Source of the DNA: Schmidtea polychroa
Taxonomy: Eukaryota
NCBI GenBank assembly: GCA_044892525.1
Contig: CM097885.1
Span: 236,160,001-236,224,000 of the forward strand
Reading direction: 5' to 3'
Length of the DNA: 64,000 nt
Part shown: positions 26,105 through 40,383 of the stretch, in pieces
Numbering within the stretch: the first letter of the stretch is position 1
Layout: each line of letters begins with the position of its first letter
Notes under the pieces: generated by a model
The model's database searches: none
Seen by the model: only the letters and a program-made list of their open reading frames with translations
Told to the model about the DNA's origin: nothing
Position numbers and translations under genes: made by a program

Positions 26105-26671
26105 TCACTGATATCTAAAGAAAATATGAATATTTTACCAGCCGAGGTCCAACAAAATCTTATTCAATTAATGCCAGAATGTGATAAAGTTGTTAATAAT
26201 CATGATAAACTAAATAATAATTTATTTTCTCTTTCTAAAACTTCGCTCAACAATGAATTCTTTAATAAAGCTTTATCGAATTTCTTTTTTAAAGCTACTA
26301 AGAAAAAATCTACGATAACAATCGAATCATTTATTGACAATATCAAATCAATTTCGAAAAGCTTTTCTGAAAACTTCTTATCTATAAAAAGATCAAAAAG
26401 CTTTACTGATTCAGATTCAGCTAATGAAAACTCACCAAATCCAGTGAAACAAGACAAAATATCCATAAAATTTGATTACGATATTAATGTTGGTATTGAT
26501 AAACTCTTGCACTCACACATTGAATCCGCCGTTACATTTATAAATAATCAAATAAATTGTGATAAAGAATTTGAAATAACAAATCAGAAAGATGAAAAAG
26601 TTACTTTTAAAAAATCTTATAACTCAGTGAAACGCGATTCAACGCCATGTGAAGATTTTTCGGATATTAAG
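26105..26671 (+). CDS. Asx: Asx/ASXL-like protein, first exon seen (DEUBAD/ASXH domain)
   Basis: SLISKENMNILPAEVQQNLIQLMPECDK...FSLSKTSLNNEFF aligns by eye to the ASXL DEUBAD pattern (ALIN..TF..LP..FQQQLL.LLPEVDR..LRLSSSALNNEFF). Acceptor TTAG at 26104; phase-0 donor GTAAAC at 26672; in-frame ATG at 26126. Confidence 0.8.
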
Positions 26672-29199
26672 GTAAACTTTCTATTTATAAATTAACTAAT
26701 AATAAATTTTTTTATCTGTAAATAGATAATGACATTTAAGATTTGTAAATTAAAATCGTAAAATATAAAATCTATTATATTAGAATTTTAGTTAAATTTT
26801 TTTTTGAAAAAAATAATTTTATAATTTTTATTCCAATAAAAAATCTAATTATATGGTGGATTTATAATTTAACTATCGATTACAAATATCTAAAATATTT
26901 TTTCTCTATGGAATCAGACTCTGTGGCTCTCAATATTTATGAAATCAGATTCATCCAATCGTAAAATAAAAATTAATTAAAATTAAGAGTGATGTTTTCG
27001 ATTTTTCCCGGTTTCCTGATTGTGTGGAATGTATCTCTGTATGGAAAGCGCATCTTCCTTATACGATTACTCTGACATGTATTTTTCCTTATCAAAGAAA
27101 ATCTAAAAGTTCTTTGAAACGTATATAAATGATTTTTAAAGGAAATTTTTATTTGAAATATACAAATATGTAGGATTAAAATTTATTGTTTGTTTTCAAT
27201 TTAATTACACATATTCATGTTTAATTTTTGTTTTTAAAATTCTATTACTCAATTGAATATTGGAAAGCATTTTTTCTTGTGTTTGAATAGAAAGAAAGTA
27301 TTTTGCAGCAATTTACGAAAATTTACCAATGAAAAATTTTTTCAAAGATAAAACAATCCTAACTGAGAATATTACTTAGATGGGATTAGTTAATAATTGA
27401 AAGAAAATTTTAGAGATAATAATGGAACAATTAGGAATCAGAAAATTGTGGGGTATTCCATTCCATTGTTTTTAACAACTAATATAGGGGAGTTTTAAAA
27501 TGGCTTCTGAAATCTATTTTGGCTTGTTTGATGATTATGGTAGCTGAGTAGAGAGAAATTAACCATTTCGGTTGATTTTTTTCTTTAACAAAATTGTCAG
27601 TGATTAAACATTGCTGGCTTGTATAATTCTTTGTAGAATTTTCGGTAGCCTGACATACAAATTTTCAGATAACGTTAGAATTTTAAGGCGCGTTCTGAAT
27701 CGTTATCATTTACTAGGAAAAAAAATTCCAATTTACTATAAAGTTCAAGGTCTTCACGAATTAAATTTGTGTTAAGTGAGACTGGTTCTTCTTCTAGTTC
27801 GCTGTCTTTTGTAGGATTTGATTTGATTCATTTCTTTTTAATACGCATTAAGGTAAGCTGCTTTCCAACATGCATTTAGTGTTTGTGGTTTTACTTCAGA
27901 AATTGCTAATATACAGTCCAAAAGATTCATTTTTTTCCAAACTTCAGTAACTGTGATTGTTTTAGATTCTAGTTTAACAAAAATGATTTTGAAAAATAAA
28001 CTTAACATAATATTTTTTAAATGTCGAAATAATTCCCTGATCTAATGGTTGAATAAAACTGGTTATGTTTGGAGTGAAAATAATTAATTCTATATTTGGA
28101 TGTTCTAAATTTGCATGATCTTAAATTTGAGACCCGTCTCTTTCATATATACTCTTATGCCTACACCTGTTCGTAAAATTGAAGAGCTTTCTCTTTAATT
28201 AAATATCCATCTGCCCTTTTTGAGTTAAACCTTCAATTCAAATTGCGAGCAACTTTTCTGTTTTTTCTATTAAGGTGTCTCTTGAATATGAATGAATTTT
28301 AGAACTCAATTTTGTACCCGATATAATTGATTTTCTTATTGTCACACCATTTTTTTAATTGCTCTTAAAGTAGATTCGCATGAATTAAAATGTGTATCTA
28401 TTGCTGTAGATTCTTCTCCTTTCACTAAGCGATCTATGGATATGCACTTTTCTGTTGGTTTTTTATTATTATTATGAGGAAGTTTTATGATGAAGAAATT
28501 TTTAAATTGAAAATTTTAAAAATTAAATTTTAGATTAATTTTTAAAAAAAATAAGATATTTTAATTAAAAATATCTTCCTAGAAAATTTGTTTAAATAAG
28601 AAAGTTTTAAGAAGATATAATTTGATACTGATATTTACTGAAAAAAAATTTATGGAAGCAAAAACTGATTTTAATGTTTTACAGGATGAACATCCTAATA
28701 ATTATTATCACATTTTTCTTGAGAGTAATAAAAGATTAAAATTTTTAAAAAAATTTAGTAAAACTTAAAAATTTTCAACTTGTGTTGAAGTAGTAACCTT
28801 TTACAGAGTTTTGTTTTCTACTGACTGACTAATAAATAGTCATAAACATACGTAGTATAACATAATGAAAATGTTTCATATATAGCTTGGTTTTTAAACA
28901 AATTGTTTTGAACATATCAATTGCGCACTAATTTGCCACTGTTTGTACCGAACAAACACATAATAATACCGGTTGGCGTGTCCACCAATTATAGATGAGT
29001 GACCATTTGTGATGAAATAGAAAATTTTTGTTGCACCGCATTATTTTAAAATCGCATAAAAAGAGTATTGAGTGTATTTATAATTAATATATAATAATTA
29101 ATTAAAAATAATTTAATTATCAAAAAATCAGTGTTAATTGTAGGTTATCATGAAGATTTATTTAGGATTTTTAGTTCTTCCGTAATAAATGGAGAAGGG

Positions 29200-29545
29200 A
29201 AGAGCTTTGATTTCTTTATAAGATAAATTATCAATTTAAAAGATCTTGAAGATAATAAGAAACCTAAAGAAATTTGTCAGAAAAATAACAGAATAAAATA
29301 CAAAGAAATGTGGAGTTTTCATCAAAAATGTAAGCATCCGGAAAAGATTAAATGAATGAAGTCTTCAAAATTCTGTAGTTGACAAAAGTGTATTCATGAT
29401 TTTTAGAATGGCGGCAAATCAATAATTTGATTTCAAAGGAATTATTAAAAGTAAAAGCGATTGAGTTGAATAAGTCTTTCAATGAAGCTGAATCATATGT
29501 CGCAAGTTATGGATGGCTTGCAAAATTTCAAAAATAAGTGGATAA
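29200..29545 (+). mobile_element. pogo/Tigger transposase relic (CENP-B type HTH region)
   Basis: ASYGWLAKFQK resembles the Tigger ASxGWLxxFKxR motif; interrupted frames. Confidence 0.6.
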
Positions 29546-32500
29546 TGTAACTTTTGATGGTACTGATAACATAATAACGTAATAAAAAAACACAAAAATG
29601 AAATGTAAAAATGCTAAGGGATGCCCAATAATCATAAAACATTGTTTACAAATGAACACAAAAATGAAATGTCCAAATGAAAGGGGATGTTCAGTAATTA
29701 TAAAACATTGTTAAATGTGAAAATATAAGTTTAACATTATCGTTACTTTCTTTAATTCTTGACAAATTATCGAATATTTTAAGCATTTTGTGAAAACTAT
29801 CCAGTAATATGGGACGATTTTTGTAATTTTTGACCTTTTATGAAATAATGATGAAATAAAACAAGAAGATACGGTTATATTTATGGTAAATGATATATTT
29901 TAGAAAGTCGTATGATTAATTCAACTTATAAGCAAAAAAATATTGAGGTAAAACCGTATATTCGCGATAATCCGTGGACACGATACGAAAACTATACAGT
30001 ATTATGGGACAGAGGGAGTATTTAATTAGCAAACTGATCTTTTCGTAAAGGTTTTTGTAATAAAATATAAAAAATAAAATTCACATTTACTTTTTTCTAC
30101 AAAGCAACCTTTTCTATATAGAAAGCTTTTTTATGTAAATTGATTCAAATGAGTTGCTTATACTTATATGCAAACCCTTATTCCTATTGTCGTAATTTGA
30201 TATCCATCAATTAATATATTGAAATTCACCTCAAATTAAACGTTCGCCATACTTACCCTAATACATTTCTAAGAAATTATCATAACAATTAATATGCACA
30301 ATTAACAAAGACATTGCTAGATTTGACGCAAAACATCATCTACATATATTTCCCAGTGCCATTGAAATTGATTTAACAAACTTTATCGAAAAATAACCAA
30401 AATGACATGATTTTATAATAGTATTTTGTTAAATATGATATTATATAATGTTTACTCTTACCCTATTTTAAATTGATTACATTTTCAGAATATATAAAAT
30501 GTTTATAAAAGATACAGAGTTTAGATTTTATAATTACAGACTAAATTATACATTTCAATTATGGTTACAGAATTAAATTCTGATAAATTGGATCTAACCT
30601 TTTCAAAATTTGATAGACTTTTGGCATTTGATCTTACATTTCTAAACAAATTAGATAAATCATTAGATAAATAAATTAGTTGAAAATTTCGTAAACGTTT
30701 TTGGATTCAAAAAATTACTGATAAAATTAACATATTGTATAATATTTTTAAATGATCATTGTTTTCTGGCCATGTATGTATTTTAGACTTGGAAAATATC
30801 GAGGCCATATTTAATCTTTCATGGCGAATATGAATGGAATAGAAATAAAAATCACTGATAAATTGAAATAAGCAAGAAGTTAAAAAAAAATAATAAAGTA
30901 TCCATGTTATATTTATCTTGTGGATATCTAGTAATTTGTTCTTCTTGTTTCAAAAGTAATACTTAAAACTTTTATCAATACAAATATCCAACGTTTTTCT
31001 TAAATTTATACCAAGGAAACATTTATTTACATTAAAATACTAGAAAGTTCTAAGATTATACAGAAATGTTTACGTTTTTCAGTTAATTTTCTCAGATCAC
31101 TTGAATGATCTAAAAATTTTCAAAATAACTTGAAAAAGGCTGTGCCGAAAATTCGTGAATATCAAAAGAAACATCGATATATTTGCTGATTCATAGTCAA
31201 GTTTTTAAATAAATACAATAAAAAATTGTATATTTATATTGAAAATAGTCCGAACTTGGGTTAGTGTATATGAATGACACGTGTCAACTTCCAGTATGAT
31301 TCGAGTAAAATCCGACTTTGATCGCATTCTCTATGTCATTAAATGTTTCTTGCTAAGAATGAAAGTCGAGTGTATATTGCTTTAGTTATTTTTAAACTAG
31401 ATATTTTATCACCCTAGATTGCGTGTAATAATACTTCTAATTATTATTTACTAAAAATGACCTCCATATAGCCGCAACCCATGTAGCAGTAAATATTGTA
31501 TAGAAATCGACTAAAATCAGCGTGTTTTTAAATATCATTTTTTCAATATCAAGTAAATTACTAATAACTTATGATTTTCAACAACATTATCTTTACTATT
31601 CTTGTATTTATTATAATTTCATTTGACTTTTCGACTTTTAATAGAAACCTAGCTGCACTCATTCTGATTTGTTTTTTAAACTCAAAAGTTCAGTATAATG
31701 TAAATTTACTTTGTGATTTTAATGATATCGAAAAATTAAATATTGAAATCATGAATGACGATCTGGGATTAGATTCCTCTATGTCAATTCATGAGCTTTA
31801 TTTATAAAAATGAATTTTCAATTAAAACATCATTTGTAAAATATAATATCACCACAATATGTGTATTGTTGTAAGAATTTATGATTATTTTTAATGACAA
31901 GTAATTAAAAATATTTTTTCATTTTTATTTCAATGATGTTAAAATGGTCAAATAAAACAAAATTATTAAAAGAAAAATGTGAATAGTACTCGCTGTACCT
32001 TAATCCTTTGGTTGTGTCTTTACTAAATTTACCTTAACAGTAAATCTTAATTAATCTAATTGCAATTTACGATTAATAGTTACTAAAATCTAAAGATTCT
32101 TGAATAATATGGTACAAAACTTCATTTAAACAAAATTAATTTCAAAACTGATGTTCAGACTTCATTTAAAAACCAAAACTCATTTTAAAATTCTTATACC
32201 AATAAAAAATTTTATATTTACCTAAAATTCCATTACACATTTTTAGAATCTTAACATCATATTTCAATTATTTTATGAAATTCGTAACTTAATTTTTTTG
32301 GTCATATTTTAAATTGTTATTTTATGAACTTGAAATTTGTGAAATAAAAATACAAGAGTTGCAATTTCATGCTTTTCTCAGTACACAAAATATCCTTGCT
32401 AAGATCCTGCTACATCATAGTATCATTTTAAAATAATTTACTTTATAAATTTAATAATTTGTTTTTAAAGAAAATGTAATTAATTAATTGCAATGTTCGA

Positions 32501-32565
32501 TTTAGTGTTTTATCCTTGAAAAAAATTATTTTAAAATAATAATTTTCAATTTTTTAAAATTTAAG

Positions 32566-33186
32566 GATGAAGATTCGTCAGACATTTTTTTACGCGAAAG
32601 TAATCGTAATTTGGCATTAAATTCAGAAAGTTCTGATTTTTCAAAAAGTAGCAAATACAAACGGAAAAACTCAGGGAGTTCAATAGCACCTTCACCAAAA
32701 AAACGACCCACTAGATCAACGGCGGGTCAATTACCTGCAAGGTTAAAGTCCATTTCACCTCCTTCATCAATTCAAAAACCAAACACCCAATTCAACCATT
32801 TATCTTTGATAAATAAATCCGTTTCTATTCGAGGGAAATATAAAGAAAAGCAGAAATCTAAATCGAATAACACTTTCAGAAATTCTGTAACTTTAATCAA
32901 AGATACAGAACATAATACATTAGACTGTGATACAATTTTATATAATTTGAGAGATAAATTATCAAAACGATTACATCGAAATTGCCCAAAATATATCAAT
33001 GATGTTTTTTCAAAAACTGAATCTACATTAAATGTTTCATCTGATATAAATTGTTACAGTTCTAAATCACCTTGTTCTTTGTCACCTGGGAGTGATAGGT
33101 TATCATTTGCTAATTCTCCTTACTCAAAAACCAGCCAAAACCATTTCTATCAGTCTAAATTGAAAAATTCATTTTTCGAAAATCAG
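32566..33186 (+). CDS. Asx: Asx/ASXL-like protein, second exon (Ser/Lys-rich, NLS-like PKKRP)
   Basis: Acceptor AAG at 32565 in phase 0 and in frame with ORF 32611-33201; donor CAG|GTGATT at 33187, phase 0. Confidence 0.78.
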
Positions 33187-33284
33187 GTGATTTTTACTTA
33201 AATTTTATTTATTTATAAATATTATCTTAATTTGGAGTATTGTTATTTGATAAATAGTTATACTATTTATATCTATAATATAAT

Positions 33285-33375
33285 CAGTGGTGTGCTGGAG
33301 CCGGTTCGCGCGAGACGTTTGTTGGCAATAAAAAATATGCGAGCCGGTTGTTACGGATTTACCAGCACCCCCCTG
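33285..33375. mobile_element. 91-bp hAT-type mini-MITE
   Basis: TIRs CAGTGGTGTGCTGG / CCAGCACCCCCCTG; TSD AATATAAT/ACTATAAT. Confidence 0.75.
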
Positions 33376-34421
33376 ACTATAATTATATTTATACTATATA
33401 ATATATATATATAGTATATATTTAACGAAATATTCACCAGAGGAAGAACTTCGTCAGTTCCACTACCGTTTATAAGACTAAGATCTAATTTCTGGGCATT
33501 TTATGTCAAGAGTAATAATAACCGTTTTGAAATACGGCCTAAATGCATCAATTTCTACTCATTAAATTAATTGTTTCTTTATGATTTCCATAAGTTCCAT
33601 GACTTAATATAATGAAATTACCACCAGAGGGATGGATTTGTCAGAAATAAAATAATTATACATTTAATATTAATTTTATTATTATTATGTACCCAAAATT
33701 GACTACAATTGCTTCGTTCAGGATACCTACTACTAACTATTTTAATTTATATAATTTTCACGGTAGAACTTCGTCGGTTGCACTATCGTTTACAAGATCA
33801 AATCTTATTTCTGGGTATTTTGTGTCAAGAGTAATAACAACCGTTCTGAAATACAGCTTAAATGCATCAACTGCTACTATCATTAAATTAATCGTTTCTT
33901 AATGATATTCATGTTTCATGACTTAATTTCAAACGAATTATATTCATTCCAACAGAAATCATTTTGTGAAGAACTGTAACAGATTTACATTCGTGTTCAA
34001 TAATACAATTTGCTGATTTCGCATCACACAATTTGATCCATTTAACCTCATTTTAATAAATTTTAAAAAACCGAAACAAATTCAAAGGAAATATATATTT
34101 TAAACAAATATCAATTCATCTAAAAAATCCAGAAATAAGCAATTCAAAAATAAATTTAATTCTGAAAAGTCGAACAAAGACAGAAACACAGCATCTAAAA
34201 TAAATTCAACCGAAGGTGCAACAAAAAGATAGATAAGCATACATGCATATATCAAGGTGCGAAAGGAAGAAACACAGAACACAATTGTATAGATATAACC
34301 ACATAACAAAACTCCCTGATTGGATACATACAAGGGAAATGCATCAATTGTTCCATAACCACATAATATTATTGAACCAACATCACTTTAACATGACAAC
34401 CAAGTTTTATTAGATATCATA

Positions 34422-35973
34422 CAGTGCTGTGCATAAGTATAGCCGTACCTCTTCGAATTCTATTTTATGTCCCTACTATTGGACCTAATGGGCCACAGAC
34501 GGTAAGTTTTAACCATTTATACGTCCCATTATGATAAAGAAATGACAGTAGTTTTTAGTTTTTTCTTCTCAGTCGTCTTAACCACATTTTTATAACATAA
34601 TCCCCGTTGTAGCGTGCTGTAAAGTATAGCCGTACCAGGTATTTTACATGTATTTTGGCTAAATAAATTCACAAATATTGAAATGGCGACTTTAATAAAA
34701 GTAAGACGTCAATTGCGCTGAATGACCTCAAAAATTCGATTCAGCATTCTCTTAATGAGATTTGAAATTACGGAGTCCTTGATGCCATTTCATTCCTTCA
34801 GGATGCATACTTTCAATTCAGCTACAATGCCAAATTGTCGATGGTAAGCATAAACCAGCACTTCCAATATATTCTCCATGGCATAGCTATCAGGGGAGCA
34901 TTCTGACCAATACAAACGACAAATATTTTCTCCGTCAGCCAAACAGTCGTTGACCTGCTTACATGTACACTGGCATTAGCCTGTTGAAAAATTTAAATCG
35001 TGCAATGAATGATACTAGATGGTCCTGCAGCATCCCTTGATACTCTGTGCTATTAATTTCGGACGAGGTAAACGCCAAAGACAAGTTCCAAAAGTTAGAG
35101 AATTCTCCTCACACAATTGCACTCTCCATCAAAATTCCTTTTCGAGTAGTATACCGGGTCTTTTCGTAGGTCCCGCCAATAACCATAGTATCTATCAGGA
35201 CCGTCTAAATTGAATTTTTCCTTGTCGCCAAATATCACCTGTATGACACAAAATGACTTTAAAGTGTTTATCGCACAATATGACTATGTTTAACTTCCCA
35301 TACCAACCTTATTTCAATAATGTGCCATATTTTCCCGAGCAAACTCCATGCTCTAGGTTTTGTTTTGTTAATTCAATGCTGAGACAGCACTTAGTTGCTC
35401 TCTGACGAAATGAGGGGTAGTCCTCAATGCTATAAAAACTGTTTCCTCTGAGAGCTTACTGGGTCTGCCACAACTTTTCTCTGGGTAAGAAGCAGCTTGA
35501 TTCTTTAAAAGATTCCTCACAACTTTATCAAAGCGCTCGCGTTTTAGCTTTTTCTCGTTGAAGAGAACCACAATCTGTCCTCTTTCATAATCAAATAATT
35601 TTTTTCCGATGTGCATTCGATAAATACTAAATAAAATATACATTAATTAAGATGCTAATATTAAAAAATATATTTTCAATTAACCTTACTTCTTAGAATT
35701 CTGAAATATAAAATGTCCCTCAAATCCACGCATGGAAACAAACAAAATGCCAAATATCAAATAGCTGATGCTATACTTTTGCTACAATAAAACAAGCATA
35801 CTTTTAAATATTTTTTATTAAAAGTATAATGTTATACCCAGTTGCAATTTTTAAATCTGTAGTATGCAACTAACATGTAAAAATAATTGTTTCATTTATG
35901 AAACACCATATATTTTTTAACGTGATGAGTTAACATTTTATTTTATATGTGACTATACATATGCACATGACTA
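34422..35973 (-). mobile_element. Degenerate Tc1/mariner (Tc3-like) transposon
   Basis: TA|CAGTGCTGTGCATAAGTATAGCC end with an inner direct repeat at ~34612. Minus-strand relics FGDKEKFNLDGPDRYYGYWRDLRK, FQQANASVH, WSECSPDSYAMENI and an N-terminal HTH with GRPSKLS. Confidence 0.85.
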
Positions 35974-37469
35974 TTCCTAATATGTAATAGATACGGTTAT
36001 TATTAGTCCACCAATAAAAGATTATAAGTATACTAAAAATAGAATAAATTTGTATAATTTGTAATTTTTACAATTATATGATGTATAAACAATACAGGCA
36101 TTTGGGTTAGGCTTAGTTTGTTTTGGGGTTATGAACTAGAACTCCACATATAGTTAAAGTTATCATGGCCTCCCAGGATCTTCCACACTACAGCAGGAGC
36201 ATCGACGAAGAATACAGTAACACTAGCAATTACTGACAATATTCATGCGGGTGCTACTTATAAGCTACTTATTGGGTTGGATATAGGGTCCTTACAGTAG
36301 ACTCAACGGACAAAAAGAAGATATTACACCAAACTGGTCGGGAAGCTATTCTTCATGCTGTGTCTGTAAAAAGACGCATGCCAGTTACGTACAAAGAATT
36401 ACTACATACATTAATCAACATACCAATTGCAAATGGGTTTCTTTTGATTCGTACGTCGTAAGCACTACTGCAATATGGTACATAACGATGATTGAAGAAG
36501 ACTGGAAGCACTCAACTTTTTATTGTCCAATCTATGAGAAAAATTACATTTTAAAAAAACAATATAGGTATATAGAAGCACTAAACATCCATTTAGTAAA
36601 GAAAAGAAAATAAGATAATCAACCAAACCAAAGCAGCGTCGTTAAGATAAAATATTTTAATGCCTTACAGTCTTATTCTCTTTATACTGTGCTTATTTGC
36701 TTTTATTGATAGACAATTAATTGACGACTTTTCTTTAATAGTAGGTGTCAAATCATATTAAAGTTGGGTTTCTAATAAAAATTGGTGGTCATATTTAAGT
36801 AACAGTGCTTCAATTATATTAGGTCTAATCAAATTAATATCTGAGTTCCTACTAAATAATGATGGTTAATACCCACTTTAGGCACAAACTATAATTTTAG
36901 TGGCTAATTATTTTATTTCTGACAAATCTATTTTTCTGGTGGTAATTTCATTAAATAAAGCTGATAAACTATACATAAATTTCCTTAGGTTTGAATCTAT
37001 TTCTGATTGCATTGAATAATAATAATATATAAATACAATCTTAATAAATTTATCATAACTTTAATTTTAATTAACATTTTGCCATTATTACTTGTTCAAT
37101 TTGTCCAATTTTGGCAAATGTTATATTGAAACGGTTATTTATATTTCAAAACTACATTTGTTTAAATATTTCCATTCAATTTATATTTTAATGTATATTT
37201 GACGTCAACGGTATAATTTAATAATTAAATAAGTTTTGTCTTTTATTTGTTTCAAATCCTGATTAGATTGTATTCGGATCTTGTTTATCAATTCATACGA
37301 CATTTTAGAATTACTTGCTTTTCACAATTTTAAAATAACAAAATCAAATTTAACTAATTTTTCTTATTCAGAATATTTTAATTTTAAACTGATTTAATAT
37401 TTTCTTTAAAACACTTATTTAAAATAATTTTAATATATATTTATAAAATATTTTCAACTACTAAAGAAT

Positions 37470-38150
37470 AACCTATGCAAGGAATTACAAATGTATTGGG
37501 AAAAATTAAAGATTCGAGATTAAAGTTGAGCAGAAAAAATGTTATTTTTTTAAAAGAAAAACGAATTTTTTAGGTCATATTATAAATAAAAACAGATGAT
37601 AGTAAAATTTATGCCATTAAACTATTCGAAAGATCAAATACTGCTTAAATACTGAGGAGTTTTTTCGACTCACAAATTACTATCGACGATCTATTGAAAA
37701 TTATACACAATTTTCAAAGGAGTTAGAAAAGTTATGTAGCAGCAATCAAATAAAATTAGTGTTGACAAATGAATGTGAAACAGCAGTCCAAGGTATGAAA
37801 GTCCAACTTATAAAAACACCAAAAAACTTTTCCAGATTTTTAAAAGGAATTTTTAATGGATACAGATACAAAATTTTTAACAGAATTGGAGTTCCACTGT
37901 CACAAATAGATTTTAATGGATCACATGCGATGAATGTACATGAACTAGGATATTGCATCACCAGTAAAGAACTACTTGCAATTTATTATTTCATGGTACA
38001 TTTTAAACACTATTTATACGGAAACCGCTTTCAATTACGAACAGATCACACATTTATGCTCTAAACCAAAAAGCCAATTATATCACAATTTTAGACGTGG
38101 ATTAATAACCTTAGTAGTATATATATGAAATTAAGGAACCGGAAAGGTGA
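37470..38150 (+). mobile_element. Ty3/Gypsy pol relic (RT end/RNase H)
   Basis: FLGHII, LTNYYRR, YCITSKELLAIYYFMVHFKHYLYGNRFQLRTDH. Confidence 0.88.
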
Positions 38151-38849
38151 ATGCTTTGTTAAAAATTGGTGTTAAATTATTGCTGAATAAATTACTTTGG
38201 TTATATTAGAAAATTCTTTTTTAAAATTAACTTCAATTTTTTACAAATCATTTTTCTATTTATAAATACTTAGATACTTGAGAATAATTTAAAATTTGAT
38301 AGAAAATTTGTGTAGTAATTTATAAACTATAAAACACTATATAAGCAACGGGGTTAGTAAAATTAGTGTGAGAAAATAATTAAGAAATCACACAAGTATG
38401 GTTTTTAAAAATATTGTTAAAGTAAAATAAATCTAAAAAATATTTAAGAAAGATGGTGTATTAATTTTTATTCAAATTAATCATTCTTGAATAAGGTTAA
38501 CACTTCATTACGTGACTTTTTAATTTTAAATAAAAAATCTTTTAAAGTATCTTATCATGTACATTGGATGAAAAAGAAATAAATAAATAATGGAAAAATT
38601 TTAACAAGGAAAAAATCAAGAAAAATCAAGAAAGAAAATACCAAGGAAAAATTATGTATCAAATTTGCAACAATATGCAATGGTTATCCTTATGTGAGAT
38701 TGTATGGAATAGGTTTGAATATAGATAGTTTAATGATGAAAATAAATTTTTCATGCATTTATTTTATATGTATGTATGTGTTATTTTATACGGTTATAGT
38801 TGAAACACTACACTAATTAAAAAAACATTTATTGATCAATTTTTATAAA

Positions 38850-39940
38850 TCTCGCTGGTGCAAATTTTCAAAGCAATTCCTACTTTTTTGTAAGACATAA
38901 ATGGGCACCACATTTAGAGCAATTGTAATGTGACAACCCGTTACAATCATATTGAACCATATACTTTTATAGAATCCAATGACTCAGCTGTTATGAACAT
39001 TTGACGATGGAACATGTTTTCAGACCTTTGTGTCATTATTCTTCCAGCTCACAGTCAACATTGCTAGGCCTCCTTTTTTACAGCGAATTATTTATTCCAT
39101 TATAACACATGCATTTAGCAATCTCAACCCAAAATGTCCATATGGTAATATTATTTTGTTGCCCTTTTTCGATTGATGCATGTTGGAATAATAACCATGC
39201 ATTAATGGCATTAATGTCTAATAGGTTACAAAATATTCTAAAATACCGTTTTTTAACGCAATGACATATAATCTTGTCCAATATGGCTATCTAATAAGTC
39301 TGCATCACCTATATGAGTATTATATATTTTTCTCACATTTGGCAAATCAATGGCAATAGTTCTTTTTGTTCTTTTATGAAATCATTTGACTGTTTCTTTC
39401 GGTATTTCACCTGTTTTCGTTGATAAAAAAGTCACAACTTTATTTACACAAACAAAAAATTCTTCCGAAGTTCCATTCATCAATCAATTTACAGTTTGGA
39501 ATTTTATTTCAACAAGATGTGCTTGTTGCATAAATATCATTTTTGTGAGCTTTGTAAATTTGTTTGATCACAAAGAAGTTGTAAAAATTACCAAAAGAAA
39601 TATTCGAATACTCTAAATGGCTGAATAAGATATAGTAAAAGATTTGGTAGTTTAGATGATCCTTAAAATTCTAGGGCATCTTAATTAATACTCAAATTCT
39701 TTTTTTACCATACAATATTTGGGCAAACCACTTTCTTTGATTTGTTACTCGTATTAGGGCAAGTTGGTGTAAAAACATCACTCGTTTGTAAGATTGTATC
39801 ATTTTCTGTAATATGAGTAAGCTCCACAGAACTATTTTCATTTTCATCTTTACCGGAAGTATCACGTTATATGAAAATGTCGTATCAAAATCTAAATCCT
39901 ACAGTTCATCTTCAGTATCCCCAAATGCTTATGCGATGTC
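38850..39940 (-). mobile_element. piggyBac transposase relic
   Basis: KRYFRIFCNLLDINAINAWLLF and a C-terminal Cys-rich CSKCGAHLCL..RNCF; multiple disablements. Confidence 0.8.
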
Positions 39941-40383
39941 CGTCAGTTCCAGTAAGTAGTTAGTGGCCCCCTGGAGCAATGACCCACCCCCCGAGGAGAG
40001 GTCGATGTGTCGCCTTTCTTTCATCTAGCTGCGAAGTGTTTTTAAAAGTTTTTTAATTTTTCTAAATGTGTAATTATATTTAATGTGTAAGTTCAAAATA
40101 AATTAATATATCATTCAATGTTTTTAACTTTTTAACTCGGGTAGTCTACAGACTAGAAATAACTGGAGCGGTTGACATAAATGAAAACAAAAAAAACACG
40201 CAACTGTCAAACTGACATTCAGTTATAAGTTAGGGTAGAATACACATTCACTAAAACTTGCTAGTGAAGTTATATTTTCACCAGTAGAAATATATTTCCA
40301 CTGGTGAAAACGTATTCGGATATGAATTCACTGAAACGTTAGTGAAAATATATTCTCATTGGTAATACAAATTCAAAGTAACA

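Noticed and set aside
27000..28450. Possible LINE ORF1/endonuclease relic on the minus strand
   Set aside because: Composition is suggestive, but no motif could be identified with confidence.
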